DNA of 64,000 nt from an uncultured Verrucomicrobiae bacterium (GCA_963756875.1 CAVWPA010000003.1:1376001-1440000); one strand, 5' to 3'. Positions 17,515 through 28,020 are shown, counted from the first letter of the stretch. Translations and numbers: made by a program. The notes: generated from the sequence alone by a model not told the origin.

Positions 17515-20265
17515 TCAGCTCGCCTTTTTCCGCCGATAGAGAGAAGGATCGACCGCTGTTATCATTTTCTCCGGCGTCGGCAGCCGCTCAGGGCCGAGAA
17601 ATTCCACGAGTTGATTAACGACTGACGATGGATCGGAAATGAGCGTCGGATAATCGACTTCGAGCATCTCGATATTCTCGCTTGTCTTCAGGCGTTTGCG
17701 GGTCTCGTCGCGATGCGCGGCCATGCCGCGTTCCATCTGTTTGCGATCGAGCTCGCCGCCTTTTGTCCCGAGACGCGTGGTCATTTTCTCCTGCGACGCG
17801 ATCACTTCTTCGATCGGACGGGTCATGAAGATGACTTTGTAGTGATGAAATTGAGGCATCTTCGGGAGCAGCATCGAAATGCATTTTATCGCTTTGCCTT
17901 CGACCGCCGGATCGTCAAGCAGTTCGGGCTCCTTCCCGATACGCTTGATTGCTTCCCATTCGAAGTAGCCGCGCGGGTTGTCGATGTCGGCTTCGCGCTC
18001 GTTGTCGGTCATCGGCGGCAAACCACCAGCCGCGAGCATCTGCATCATGAGGGAGGTGCCGGAACGCGGCAGGCCGGAGACGAGGACAAAAGTTTTCCCG
18101 GAATCTTCCCGCGGCGGCTTCGGGTCGGGTCGCTCTTTCAAGAGTGTCGCGGTCCTTTCCTCTTGCGGCGGGATTTTTGGCAAATCGAAAAGCTTGTCGC
18201 GCTTTTCATCCGACTTTTCATGGCGAGGCCGACGCGAGCGGCTGAGCCGAACTACTTCCTGCCGGTGGAGTTGCACCTTCCCGGCATCGCCGCCATCCGC
18301 TTTGTGCAACATCGCCAGATAGCGATGTGCGTTGAGGAAGTCTGGATTGAAACGAAGCGCGGTCTCGAACGCGACGATGGCGCGCTCAGTCTCGCCCGAT
18401 CGCGCCATCGCGACGCCGAGATTGAAATGAGCGAGCGGCAAGCGATGAAGAAGACTGACCGCTTGGAGGGCGTTGTCGGCCGTCTCCTGGTTTTGTCCAA
18501 AACGGCGATAGACCGTGGAAAGCCCCTGATAGGCAAGCGCATTGTCGCTATCGAGGGCGATCACTTTTTCATACTCCTCCTTCGCCGCCGGCCAGCGGTG
18601 CAAACGCACATAAGTATCGGCCAATTGCCCGTGCACGGCGGGGATGTCGGGATTGACCTTTCCCGCTGCGAGCAAATGTTTCAGCCCCGCCTCGGGTTCG
18701 CCGAGCGCCAGTTTCACACGACCCATGAGGAGGAGGGCGCCGATGTTAGTTGTCTTCTCGAAATCGTAGGCGGTCGCAAGCAGACGTTCCGCCTGTGCAA
18801 GATAGCCTGCCTGGAAATAGGCGTTCGCTAATTGCATGATGAATCGATCCTCCCACGGATGTCGCGCCGTGATTTCGGCCAACAACGGCAGCGCCTGATC
18901 GGGGCGATTCTTCCAAAGGTAGGTGCGGGAAATGTTATATTTGCTCTCGATCTCCGCCGATTGCTGCTGCTTCTCTTTGTCCGCGCCGGGGTCTTCGATA
19001 TATCCGAGAGCCGCGAACTGCTGCATCAATTCCTGGGCCTGCTGGCGATCCATCTGCTTGCCCTCTGGGTGCAGGCCGCTGTCGCCTTCGATCTTCTCCC
19101 AGCTGCGCACCGTCTTCACTGGCGGCGGATTTTCGAAGACTTCGAGCAGCGGCCGCCCATCCATGTCTTCGCCAACAGGCACATCGAGCAGCGTCAAAAT
19201 TGTCGGAGTAATATCGATCAGGCTCGCGCCGTAAATGCGTTCGTCCTTTTTGATGCCAGGCCCGGCGATCACGAAGATGCCATATTGGCGGTGCCAGATC
19301 GCCGGGCCCGCCGGTTCGCGAGGCACTCCGCGAGGACGTTGCGAGCCGGATTCAAAACCGTGGTCCGAGCAGAGGATCACGGTTGTCTCGGGTCCCGCGA
19401 GCTGGATCAGCCGATCGAGCATCATGTCATGGAAGCGATAGGCGCCTTTGACCACGTCCTTGTAAAGGTCGAATTGCTCTTGCTCGATCCACGGCAACTT
19501 AGGCGGATGATAAGGCATGAAGGCGTGGGAGAAATGATCGATCCCATCGAAATAAACCGCGGTGAAATCCCACGGTTCAGTCGCCATGAGCGTCGTTGCC
19601 ACCGCTTGAATCGTGGCGTTATCGCTCAAGACCTTGGCAAACGAATCGAGTTTCTTATCCTTCTTTTGATCGATCTTCGCCGCGTCGGGAATGAAAGGCA
19701 GTATGTGTGCCTCCGTCAGCTCCGTCGGGAAAACCTTGAACCGCGCCAGCAAGTGAGCCTTCTCTTCAGGATGCACTGTGCCTGGCGGGATGGACCATCC
19801 CTTTTCCGGGCTAAACTTCACGCCGCCGAAGGCGTTCGTCACCACCGTGCCGTTGATCGGCTCGGCGGGATGGCTGGCCCACCACCCGACGATGTTGCTA
19901 CGCAACCCTGATTGCGAAAGAATATTCCAGATCGCTTTGCATTTGCGCGACGTGCTCGCGTAAGGGCGCGCGCCGCCGTTGATTGGGTCCGGCTCGATGA
20001 AACCGTGGATGCCGTGTTTGTCTGGGAATTTTCCGGTGGCGATCGAATTCCAGAGCATGGGCGAAAGGATCGGCTGGAGAGTGGCCAGATTTCCCATCAC
20101 GCCCCGATTGATCAAGCCATCGAGCGTGGGCATGAGTCCTTCCTCGAGCAGCGGAGTGATGTGCTCCCAATCCGCCGCGTCCCAGCCGACGAGCAACACC
20201 TTGCGTTGCTTTTTATTTTCTTCCCTGATCCGGAAAGAGTTAGCAGGTTTCGCGCTGATCGGCAA
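17515..20265 (-). CDS. AlkP/phosphodiesterase + TPR + sulfotransferase fusion protein
   Basis: [30 protein letters not shown]; central TPRs; [17 protein letters not shown]-binding loop. Start codon uncertain (TTG). Confidence 0.85.
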   Translation of the reverse strand: MPISAKPANSFRIREENKKQRKVLLVGWDAADWEHITPLLEEGLMPTLDGLINRGVMGNLATLQPILSPMLWNSIATGKFPDKHGIHGFIEPDPINGGARPYASTSRKCKAIWNILSQSGLRSNIVGWWASHPAEPINGTVVTNAFGGVKFSPEKGWSIPPGTVHPEEKAHLLARFKVFPTELTEAHILPFIPDAAKIDQKKDKKLDSFAKVLSDNATIQAVATTLMATEPWDFTAVYFDGIDHFSHAFMPYHPPKLPWIEQEQFDLYKDVVKGAYRFHDMMLDRLIQLAGPETTVILCSDHGFESGSQRPRGVPREPAGPAIWHRQYGIFVIAGPGIKKDERIYGASLIDITPTILTLLDVPVGEDMDGRPLLEVFENPPPVKTVRSWEKIEGDSGLHPEGKQMDRQQAQELMQQFAALGYIEDPGADKEKQQQSAEIESKYNISRTYLWKNRPDQALPLLAEITARHPWEDRFIMQLANAYFQAGYLAQAERLLATAYDFEKTTNIGALLLMGRVKLALGEPEAGLKHLLAAGKVNPDIPAVHGQLADTYVRLHRWPAAKEEYEKVIALDSDNALAYQGLSTVYRRFGQNQETADNALQAVSLLHRLPLAHFNLGVAMARSGETERAIVAFETALRFNPDFLNAHRYLAMLHKADGGDAGKVQLHRQEVVRLSRSRRPRHEKSDEKRDKLFDLPKIPPQEERTATLLKERPDPKPPREDSGKTFVLVSGLPRSGTSLMMQMLAAGGLPPMTDNEREADIDNPRGYFEWEAIKRIGKEPELLDDPAVEGKAIKCISMLLPKMPQFHHYKVIFMTRPIEEVIASQEKMTTRLGTKGGELDRKQMERGMAAHRDETRKRLKTSENIEMLEVDYPTLISDPSSVVNQLVEFLGPERLPTPEKMITAVDPSLYRRKKAS

Positions 20266-20276
20266 AAGGGTTGCGA

Positions 20277-20316
20277 AAAAAGAAAACGCGGAGGAATTTC
20301 CTCCGCGTTTTCTTTT
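20277..20316. terminator. Rho-independent terminator after the PEP-CTERM gene
   Basis: AAAAGAAAACGCGGAGGAA-T-TTCCTCCGCGTTTTCTTTT perfect hairpin. Confidence 0.85.
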
Positions 20317-20340
20317 AAGACTTTGCTATTTGAACGTTAG

Positions 20341-21068
20341 TTAGGCAGCCATCGCATTGCTGCGGCGCTTGCGCCAGGCGACAAGACCCGCTCCACCAAG
20401 GGCGAGCAGAGCAAGCGAGCCGGGTTCGGGAACGTCGTGCTGTCCCGCATTGATCATATCCCCGACGTCGCCGTAGGCGTAGTCGACCAGGGTGAAGGTA
20501 TTCCCTGGAGAGCCGTCCATGGTGACGCGAGCCCAGCCGTATTCGGTTCCTGAACCACCATCGAAGCGGAACCCGATAAAGCCCGTGCCGGGAGCAAGCC
20601 ATTGGCTGTTGGCGTAGCCATAAGCAAAAGCGAGCGTTCCAACCGGATACGTGGCGCCGAAATTTGCGCCATTGATATTTGCTCCAGAAGCAAGCTTGGA
20701 AACATACGCGAAATGCCTGCAGAACCGCCTGCAGAAAAGCCAGCGAAGGCACCCGTCGCAGCACCGAAGATGCCGAACCTGGCGATTCCAATCCCGCTGA
20801 AGTGGCTGGTCTGCGCGAGGCCGAAACTGTTGCCCGGTGCGAGGTTAAAGTAAGAAACGACCTGGCTGCTGGATGCAGCATCGAAATGCTGGTTGATGAG
20901 CCCGGAGTAATGGACGTCTGCTTCAGCCGTGGCCGCTGCACCGACGGCAGTAGCGGCACCAGCAGTCGCATAGCCAACCCAGCGGGACGATTTGACAAAG
21001 GCGGATTTTCGCCTGGCGCGAATGAACTTGGTGTTCACGGCGGCGAGGATTGCCGATTCTCGTGTCAA
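20341..21068 (-). pseudogene. PEP-CTERM surface protein, frameshifted near 20715
   Basis: Signal and mature N-terminus (AEADVHYSG) are in one frame; FAYVSKL...GFIGFRF...YGWARV...[24 protein letters not shown] in another; TCTGCAGGC is duplicated at the shift. Confidence 0.85.
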
Positions 21069-21108
21069 AAGTCAATAATAAAATTACGAAATGGTATACT
21101 TGCTAAGC

Positions 21109-21196
21109 TAAGACTTTGCTATTTGAACGTTAGTTAGGCAGCCATCGCATTGCTGCGGCGCTTGCGCCAGGCGACAAGACCCGCTCCACCAAGGGC
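21109..21196. repeat. Direct repeat B: exact 88-bp copy of the PEP-CTERM gene tail (20316-20403)
   Basis: Identical sequence TAAGACTTTGC...CCACCAAGGGC. Confidence 0.92.
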
Positions 21197-21197
21197 C

Positions 21198-21382
21198 GCA
21201 TTTTCGCCGTTCACGATTGTGAAATCGATCCCGTATTGTTGTTTGAGCTCCGGCAGTCGCGAAATCACCGCGCTGCGGTCCGGCTCGCCAACGATATCGC
21301 CCAAAAAGTATCGTTAGCATTTCGTGAGCATCGTATTAAAAAGACGGGAATCCAAGAGGGGATGTATCGTTTCATACGATGG
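21198..21382. repeat. Direct repeat A, copy 2 (degenerate ymdB 5' fragment)
   Basis: Copy of 17080-17266 in which the ymdB frame is broken. Confidence 0.92.
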
Positions 21383-22654
21383 CGGAGGCAAATTATTCTG
21401 GCCGCGCTCTGTGGCTTCCTTTTGGCTCTGCCTTGCGCTTCGGCGGCCATCATCAGCCCGCTCGGCTGGCGTCCGCACTGGGGTGTTCTCGAAAAATATA
21501 AGGAAACCATCACACACGATGAGTTCGTTCATTTGCTTCAGGATGTCTATTGCACGCACGGAATTCCGGACGGCATGATCCAGGTTGGGCCGGATTCTGT
21601 GCGGATTCTCCGGGACAAAGAGAAACAAACCTTTTTAACTTTGCGTTTTGCGCAAGACAACGCCTCACGCAAGCGGGTCCCTCGATGGTGGCATCCGGCG
21701 AGCGCACTCTCGCCCGCCAGGGCCAGCCGGCCGCTTTCCGGCGTCCAGATAGCGCTCGACCCGGGACATCTCGGCGGAAAATGGGCGAAGATGGAAGAGC
21801 GCTGGTTTCAGGTGGACGATTCCAAACCGGTGAAGGAAGGCGACATGACTCTGCGCGTGGCGCGACTGCTCGCGCCGCGCCTGCGAAAACTGGGCGCCTC
21901 CGTCTCGTTCGTTCGTAACCGGACTCAACCTGTCACGCCAAAAAGACCGGACGACTTTGTCGATCTCGCGAGGAAGATATTGAATGGGGCGATACCGGGC
22001 GAGGGTGAGTGGCACGAAGATTATGAAAAGCTGACTCATGCGGAGAAAAGAAAAAGCGTTCGCCACGAAAGCGAGCTTCTCTTCTATCGCCGCAGCGAAA
22101 TCCGCCATCGCGCTCTGCGCGTGAACGGGAAATTGGAACCGGACCTCGTACTCTGTTTGCACTTCAATGCCGAGATGTGGGGCGATCCGAAAGATCCAAC
22201 TCTGGTCGATCAGGACCATCTGCATCTGCTCGTCAACGGTTCGTATCTTGAATCGGAGCTGGAATTCGACGACCAGCGTTTTGAGATGTTGCGCAAGCTT
22301 CTGAGCCGCAGCTATGACGAAGCATTACCGATCGCCGACAAATGCGCCGAGGTCATGGCGACGGAAACGCAACTGCCACCGTATCAGTATCCGACGGCGC
22401 AAACGGCAACCAAAGTTGGAACGAGCGGTTATGTTTACGCGAGGAATTTGCTCGCCACTCGATTGTATCGATGCCCTGTGGTTTATTTCGAGCCTTACGT
22501 GATGAACAGTAAGGAGGCGTTCGCCCGGATCCAGGCCGGGGATTACGAAGGGGAGCGGGAAATCAACGGAGCCGAACGCAAAAGCATTTTCCGCGAATAC
22601 GCCGACAGCGTCGCGGAAGGGCTGGCGGACTATTACTCAAACGCTCGAAAATAA
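21362..22654 (+). CDS. Secreted N-acetylmuramoyl-L-alanine amidase-like protein
   Basis: IALDPGHLGG, EGDMTL, LCLHFNA, VYFEPY (Amidase_3-like Zn ligands); start reassigned to ATG 21362. Confidence 0.7.
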   Translation: MYRFIRWRRQIILAALCGFLLALPCASAAIISPLGWRPHWGVLEKYKETITHDEFVHLLQDVYCTHGIPDGMIQVGPDSVRILRDKEKQTFLTLRFAQDNASRKRVPRWWHPASALSPARASRPLSGVQIALDPGHLGGKWAKMEERWFQVDDSKPVKEGDMTLRVARLLAPRLRKLGASVSFVRNRTQPVTPKRPDDFVDLARKILNGAIPGEGEWHEDYEKLTHAEKRKSVRHESELLFYRRSEIRHRALRVNGKLEPDLVLCLHFNAEMWGDPKDPTLVDQDHLHLLVNGSYLESELEFDDQRFEMLRKLLSRSYDEALPIADKCAEVMATETQLPPYQYPTAQTATKVGTSGYVYARNLLATRLYRCPVVYFEPYVMNSKEAFARIQAGDYEGEREINGAERKSIFREYADSVAEGLADYYSNARK

Positions 22655-22656
22655 AT

Positions 22657-22715
22657 TGTAGGGCAACCGCTCCGGTTGCCGATTCGGAAACGGCAGGCGA
22701 TGCGCCTGCCCTACA
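22657..22715. repeat. GTAG-headed REP doublet (REPIN)
   Basis: TGTAGGGCAACCGCTCCGGTTGCC...GGCAGGCGATGCGCCTGCCCTACA. Confidence 0.85.
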
Positions 22716-22754
22716 AATTGGTCGAAAGGCAACGATCTCAATCACGTGCTTCTT

Positions 22755-22818
22755 CTGTAGCGGCGGTCTATGACCGTCGCTCGAATAATAATGCGGCGCT
22801 CATAGAGCGCCGCTACAG
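22755..22818. repeat. GTAG-headed REP doublet (second family)
   Basis: CTGTAGCGGCGGTCTATGACCGTCG...CGGCGCTCATAGAGCGCCGCTACAG; includes the aroB stop codon. Confidence 0.85.
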
Positions 22819-23892
22819 CTGCTCAACCGCTTCGCGAATATCGTCCATCATCACATCATCCGATACGTATGCGGAGCCGATGCTCTGCGTAAGAACGAAA
22901 CGGATTTGACCCGCCTGGAACTTTTTGTCGAAGCGAAGAGCAGCGAGGATTTCGTCACGCGGAAAACCCACCCGTAACATTGTTGGCAGTTCGAATTGGC
23001 GCAAAAGATCGATGATTGCGTCGCATTGTTCGCCCGGCAGACCCGCTTTCTTGACTGAGATCGCGCAGGCGGCAACCATCCCAAGGCTGATCGCTTCGCC
23101 GTGCAGAAACTCGCGGTAGCCGCCCGCGCGCTCGATTCCATGGCCAATTGTGTGACCGAAATTGAGCAGCGCGCGTTGACCGGTTTCGTCGAGTTCGTCC
23201 CCGGCGACGAAGCGCGATTTGATTTCGATATTGCGGCGGATCAATGATTGCAGCGCCGGCGCGTCGTCCTGGATCTGCTGCGTTGCCTGGAGTTGCGCAA
23301 ACATCTCCGGATCGGCGATGATGGCGTGCTTGATGATTTCCGCGAATCCCTGCTTGAACTCGCGGTCCGGCAGCGTTTTCAGAAGATCGACGTCGTCGAT
23401 CACGAGCGACGGATTGTGAACGGCGCCGATCAGGTTTTTTCCATCGCGCGTGTTTACGCCGGTTTTTCCACCGATTGAACTGTCCACCATTGCCAGAAGT
23501 GTTGTCGGAATCTGGACGTGCGGAATGCCGCGCTGAAAAATGGCGGCCACGAACCCCGAAATATCGCCGATCACACCGCCGCCAAGTCCGATCACAAATG
23601 ATTGCCGATCCAGGCCGTGCTCGATCATGGCGTCGCAAACGGTGCCGGCTTGCTCGAGCATCTTCGATTCCTCGCCGGCTGGAATCACGATCTCGATTGG
23701 GGCGAACCCCGCCGAGATCAAGCTTTCGCTGACTCGATCGATGAAAAGCGGCGCAACATTTGCATCGGAGATGACCGCGCAGCGGCCGGGATTGAAGATT
23801 TGCCCGATCTGAGCACCGATTTCGGCCACCAGATTCGGACCAACGATTGCGTCGTAGCAAAAAGTGCTCCTGTGGTCTGCGAGGTTGGTCAC
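22813..23892 (-). CDS. aroB: 3-dehydroquinate synthase
   Basis: GGGVIGD, PTTLLAMVDSSIGGKTGVN, LNFGHTIGH, HGEAI, DKK; start tentatively GTG 23892. Confidence 0.95.
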   Translation of the reverse strand: MTNLADHRSTFCYDAIVGPNLVAEIGAQIGQIFNPGRCAVISDANVAPLFIDRVSESLISAGFAPIEIVIPAGEESKMLEQAGTVCDAMIEHGLDRQSFVIGLGGGVIGDISGFVAAIFQRGIPHVQIPTTLLAMVDSSIGGKTGVNTRDGKNLIGAVHNPSLVIDDVDLLKTLPDREFKQGFAEIIKHAIIADPEMFAQLQATQQIQDDAPALQSLIRRNIEIKSRFVAGDELDETGQRALLNFGHTIGHGIERAGGYREFLHGEAISLGMVAACAISVKKAGLPGEQCDAIIDLLRQFELPTMLRVGFPRDEILAALRFDKKFQAGQIRFVLTQSIGSAYVSDDVMMDDIREAVEQL

Positions 23893-23902
23893 AACAATGG
23901 TG

Positions 23903-24595
23903 CTAAGGATCCCAACGGTACTTTGCGTCGGGGTCGTTCGCATCATTTTGCGAATCATTGATGAATCGCGTCCACATCATGTTTTCAGTGTGCATGTCCG
24001 CAAAGACCGCGTTGATTCTTGTTCTCCCATTGTTTGTGCCATGAGGAGTTGCGCCCAGGGAGCTGCCGCCCGGCGTGCTCCGCCCTTTATAAACAGTCAC
24101 CCCGGGCGCGCCTTGGGCAGCCGTTCCACTAAAAGCGACCGTAGAACTTTTTCCTTGTGTTTGCGCTGGTGCGAACAAAATAAATGCGGATGGGTTTGTG
24201 ATCTTATCGGCGAGCATTCCCGTGACGCCCGCCGTTCCAATATTTGTATTGCCGTTTAATCCGTAACTGACGGGCGCAGTAGCGTCGCTTTCGGAAGCCG
24301 CTCGTTTGTCGAACGGCGACTGAAACACTTTCCAGCTCGGGAGATATTTCGGGTGCAATTGGGCCATCCAGTTGTCCGCATTCGCATCGGCTGAAAAAAT
24401 CACTCCGTCGTTGTCGTTCATATACATCTGCGTCGCCAGCCCGATCTGGCGCAGATTGTTCATGTCCTGAGTGACACGCGCTTTTTCCAGGGCGGATTGC
24501 GCGGCGACGGAAACCAGCGCAACAAGCGTTGCGATGATGGCGATGACGATGAGCATCTCGATCAACGTAAAGCCGCGCAAAGAATTTTTCTGCAT
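23903..24595 (-). CDS. Prepilin-type N-terminal cleavage/methylation protein (DUF1559-like)
   Basis: [35 protein letters not shown]. Confidence 0.88.
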   Translation of the reverse strand: MQKNSLRGFTLIEMLIVIAIIATLVALVSVAAQSALEKARVTQDMNNLRQIGLATQMYMNDNDGVIFSADANADNWMAQLHPKYLPSWKVFQSPFDKRAASESDATAPVSYGLNGNTNIGTAGVTGMLADKITNPSAFILFAPAQTQGKSSTVAFSGTAAQGAPGVTVYKGRSTPGGSSLGATPHGTNNGRTRINAVFADMHTENMMWTRFINDSQNDANDPDAKYRWDP

Positions 24596-24747
24596 CGCTA
24601 AGGAATCTAGCGCAATCATCCCGCCATGCGACAAAAACAAAGGGAGATTCTTGAGCTTGAGCTGCAAGCTGAAGCGTTGCTTTTTTTCTTATTTAGCAGC
24701 CGGGACGGAAATTCGTAGTCGTCCCGAGCACCAGGCGAAACGTCCGC

Positions 24748-24868
24748 TCTGGGGAGCGCACGCGCCTCGCGTGCCCATTTCGGCGCCCTCGCCGAAATGC
24801 CCGGGGGCAAAAGTTTGCGATGGCGTGGGCGCCATCGCCAGCACGCGAGGGCGCATGCGCTCCCCAGA
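24748..24868. repeat. Long palindromic element, AGCGCACGCG family
   Basis: TCTGGGGAGCGCACGCG...CGCATGCGCTCCCCAGA with two internal hairpins. Confidence 0.8.
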
Positions 24869-24940
24869 TGTCAGCAATCGGATAAAAATCGAAGTCCGAG
24901 TTGGCTTGACAAATCGGCCTCCGCTCTTCGTAAATATGGC

Positions 24941-25393
24941 ATGCCTGACCCCGAACCCAGTCAGTCGCCACCGCCACCGCCACCGCCCACTCCTGAACCC
25001 GCACCAGGCAGCGACCCGTCATCGATGGATCTGCCGCCGAACGTGGCCGCGGCCATTGCCTGTGTGCCGCTCGTCGGTGGAATCATCTTTTATATGCTCG
25101 AGAAGCGAAACGGGTTCGTCCGCTTTTATGCCATGCAGTCGATCATTTTCGGCGGTGCCTGGCTTCTTTTTATTATTGTTTCCAACGTGGTCCGCGCGGT
25201 CTTCTACCAAATCCCGGCGATCGGCAATATCCTGGTGTTTTTCTGGTCGATTCTGGCAGCGCTGATTCAGATCGCTTTTATTGTTCTCTGGCTCGTGGCG
25301 ACTGTGAAAGCGTTTACCGGCGCGCGTTGGGAGATTCCCTACGTCGGGCCGGTGGCCCGGAAACAGGTCGAAGGCGAGACACCGCACGTGTAG
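24941..25393 (+). CDS. DUF4870-like membrane protein
   Basis: Pro-rich N-terminus, FVRFYAMQS, three TM segments, KAFTG..WEIPYVG. Confidence 0.8.
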   Translation: MPDPEPSQSPPPPPPPTPEPAPGSDPSSMDLPPNVAAAIACVPLVGGIIFYMLEKRNGFVRFYAMQSIIFGGAWLLFIIVSNVVRAVFYQIPAIGNILVFFWSILAALIQIAFIVLWLVATVKAFTGARWEIPYVGPVARKQVEGETPHV

Positions 25394-25431
25394 GCGGTTT
25401 ACAAGGCTTCCGTCGGGGCGGACGTCGGATG

Positions 25432-25570
25432 AACCAAGCACCAAATCCCAAGAACCAAGCACCAGAGAAATTCCAATCGCCAAACTTCAATCACCAAGTG
25501 GTTCGGACACGTTTTGGAAGTTGTTGATTGAAGCTTCTCTGGGGCTTGGAGGTTGGTGCTTCGGGGTTTT
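25432..25570. repeat. Heptamer-based inverted repeat element
   Basis: ACCAAGCACCAAATCCCAAGAACCAAGCACCA...TTGGAGGTTGGTGCTT; related to 5846-6002. Confidence 0.65.
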
Positions 25571-26693
25571 ATTTCTCCAGCAGTTTCACCACGACCTCCG
25601 TTAAAACCAGTTCGTGGTCGAGTTGCGTGGTGACCAGTTGCAGATTCGCCTGCAAACACCATTCCATGGCGGCGACGAGCCGGTCGACCTCGAAACGATG
25701 CGTATTTTGTGCGGCAATCCCCAGCGCGTAAGCGTTGATCGAGCCGTCCTTCTTGCGCGGTAAATGCTGGGTCGCGGCCGCCGGTAACCGGTTCAGCGTC
25801 GAAGCGAAATGATACGGTGCGTGCGGCCGCGGCAATCGATGCCGGTCCATCAGATCTTTCGCCAGGAGCAGATTGCGAACGGTCGGCAGAATGGCTACGA
25901 GCAGGATACCGATGGCGGTTTCGCCTTGATCGAGCAGCCTTTTGACCAGCACGAGGCCGCGTTTGAGATCGCGTTCCGCCAGCGCGTTGCCCAGTTCGAA
26001 AATGACGCCGGCGCGCGCCAGAGGAACCAGCTCGCGCACCAGTTCGGCGGTCACTTTTCGATCTTCGCCAAGAAAGAGATCGATCTTCTCCAGCTCGTTA
26101 TCGATCTGGCGCGTGTCGCCCCCGGTTAACAGGACGAAAAGTTCGAGCGCATCTTCATCGAACTGCAACTTCCGTTTTTTTACGTGCGCCCGCACGATTT
26201 CCGTTGCTTCCTCTTCCCAGCCGCTCCGGCTCGAATCGAGCTTGTCAAAAACCTGCACCTCGGCACGCTTGGCGAGCGATTTGTAAAACGAACGTCGTTT
26301 GTCCGTTTCCGTCGCGCTCAATAAAAATGTGATCCCGTCCGGAAGATCGAGATCGAGCAGGCCGGACAATTCTTCCAGCGCGGATTGGACGCCGGCCGCG
26401 CGGCCGATCGGGCTGTCGGCGAGAAAATTTGCATTTTTCACCCAGACCAGTTTTGCGCTGCCGAAAAATGGCATTGTTTGCAGGGCCTCGATTGCCGATC
26501 TGATACGCGCTGCGGCCTGCTCGGCGTTATCGGCGGCGCCGTCGATTACTTCCAAACCGAAATCGCCTGCGCCGGGCGGCGTCAACTTTTCGGCCAGTCC
26601 CGCGGCGACACTTTTGACCTGCGATTCGTCGGAGCCGACGACCGCATGGATCTTCTCGATTGTGACGGCAGGCTTAGTCTTCGTCTTCGGCAC
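25569..26693 (-). CDS. holA: DNA polymerase III subunit delta
   Basis: TMPFFGSAKLVWVKN, DKRRSFYK, NELEKIDLF, IFELGNAL; the ORF-track 5' extension is repeat-derived. Confidence 0.85.
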   Translation of the reverse strand: MPKTKTKPAVTIEKIHAVVGSDESQVKSVAAGLAEKLTPPGAGDFGLEVIDGAADNAEQAAARIRSAIEALQTMPFFGSAKLVWVKNANFLADSPIGRAAGVQSALEELSGLLDLDLPDGITFLLSATETDKRRSFYKSLAKRAEVQVFDKLDSSRSGWEEEATEIVRAHVKKRKLQFDEDALELFVLLTGGDTRQIDNELEKIDLFLGEDRKVTAELVRELVPLARAGVIFELGNALAERDLKRGLVLVKRLLDQGETAIGILLVAILPTVRNLLLAKDLMDRHRLPRPHAPYHFASTLNRLPAAATQHLPRKKDGSINAYALGIAAQNTHRFEVDRLVAAMEWCLQANLQLVTTQLDHELVLTEVVVKLLEK

Positions 26694-26717
26694 AAGCCGA
26701 GTTTCACGGCAGCCAGG

Positions 26718-26898
26718 CTGTAGGGCAAGCGCATCGCTTGCCAAATTTGGGTAGCGCACGCGTCCCGCGTGCTGGTTTTGGCGTCACGCCGAAACGAACT
26801 TTCCTTCAAGTCAGATTTCCAGCAATGGGAAGCGCCGCAAGCAAAGTTCGCTATCGCGAGAACGCGATCGCCAGCACGCTAGACGCGTGCGCTACCCA
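26718..26898. repeat. Single REP (26718-26742) plus long GGGTAGCGCACGCG palindromic element (26748-26898)
   Basis: CTGTAGGGCAAGCGCATCGCTTGCC resembles the 22692-22715 arm; TGGGTAGCGCACGCGTC...GACGCGTGCGCTACCCA. Confidence 0.85.
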
Positions 26899-26931
26899 GG
26901 CTTTTCGCCAGAAACACGCGTTGCGCGATTT

Positions 26932-27855
26932 TTAGTTGTCGTTCACCTGCTGCAAAGAGGTTCCGAAATCCTTTGAGGCGTACGCGCGGAATTTTTCGCC
27001 GAGCATCGAGAGGTTTGCGAATTTTCCGGCGTAGAAGCTAGAAAGGGCCGTTTCGAGTGGTTGATGACGCCCGAGCGCATCGAGTAAAGCGAGGAAGCTC
27101 GGCTTGTCTGTTCCAGCGAGAAAACGCACCAGACGCTCCGATTCGTCATAAAAGGTTTTTACATGATCGGACGGCGGCTGCGTCATTGCGGTCAGGGTCG
27201 ATAACGGAATGAAATCCTGCCCGGCAATCGCTTCCGAGCGCGGTTTGGCAAGGTAACCGCGGGCGCGTTGATAGCTGGAGTGCGCGTTCTTGGAAATGTA
27301 TTGCGCGAGCCCTTCGTCCAGCCAGCACGGAATGCCTTCGGTATAAAAACGGTGCAGAACGAGATGAACAATCTCGTGTCCGAGAAGATTACCGCTGAAT
27401 TTGTAAGCCGGATTGCGCTGGATAAAAAGACTTCCAGCCGAGTGAATGCCGCCGGTCCACGGTTCCAGTTTGCCGTGCTTTTGAAATTCGTGCCAATCCT
27501 GCGGCTGTTCGAAAATGTAGATGTGCGATTTGATATCGCCGGCCGGCTGATCGCGCTCCAATTCTTTTGCGATCACACGGTAATCAAACTCGGCTTCCAC
27601 GGAAACTGGCGTCGCCACATAACCATGCACGAAATGATAAATGAAATGTTCGGTTTCGCCGTGTTTCCATTGCTCCGGATGGATTGCGAGCGCCTTTGTG
27701 CCAAGCGGATTGGGATCGGTCTGGCTCAATTGCGAAAACTCGACCTCGGGAAGGGAATCGAGTCCGGTGACCGGCATATCTTGCGCCGCCAGCGGCACGA
27801 TCGGCAGAGAGAGTACAAACACCGTCGCGGCTGCGTAATCGAGGAGCGATCGCAT
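26932..27855 (-). CDS. Secreted gluzincin (peptidase MA-like) protein
   Basis: Signal peptide; HEIVH followed by WLDEGLAQY; start reassigned to ATG 27855. Confidence 0.75.
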   Translation of the reverse strand: MRSLLDYAAATVFVLSLPIVPLAAQDMPVTGLDSLPEVEFSQLSQTDPNPLGTKALAIHPEQWKHGETEHFIYHFVHGYVATPVSVEAEFDYRVIAKELERDQPAGDIKSHIYIFEQPQDWHEFQKHGKLEPWTGGIHSAGSLFIQRNPAYKFSGNLLGHEIVHLVLHRFYTEGIPCWLDEGLAQYISKNAHSSYQRARGYLAKPRSEAIAGQDFIPLSTLTAMTQPPSDHVKTFYDESERLVRFLAGTDKPSFLALLDALGRHQPLETALSSFYAGKFANLSMLGEKFRAYASKDFGTSLQQVNDN

Positions 27856-27897
27856 CGCCCATAATGAAGCTAATCCTGTGCGAGCGGCGTTGTGTTC

Positions 27898-28011
27898 CGG
27901 GTAGCGCACGCGTCCTCGCGTGCTGGTTTTGGCGTCTCGCCAAAACAATCTTCGGAAAAGGTCGCGATCGCGGGACGCAATCGCCAGCACGCGAGACGCG
28001 TGCGCTACCCG
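27898..28011. repeat. Long GGGTAGCGCACGCG palindromic element
   Basis: CGGGTAGCGCACGCGTCCTCGCGTGCTGG...CCAGCACGCGAGACGCGTGCGCTACCCG. Confidence 0.85.
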
Positions 28012-28020
28012 AACCTTCCC

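Noticed and set aside
17713..19911. Long plus-strand ORFs (372 and 359 aa)
   Set aside because: Antisense to the AlkP-TPR-sulfotransferase gene; no independent coding signal
21236..21361. ORF-track N-terminal extension of the amidase
   Set aside because: Derived from the antisense of the duplicated ymdB fragment; the signal peptide begins at ATG 21362
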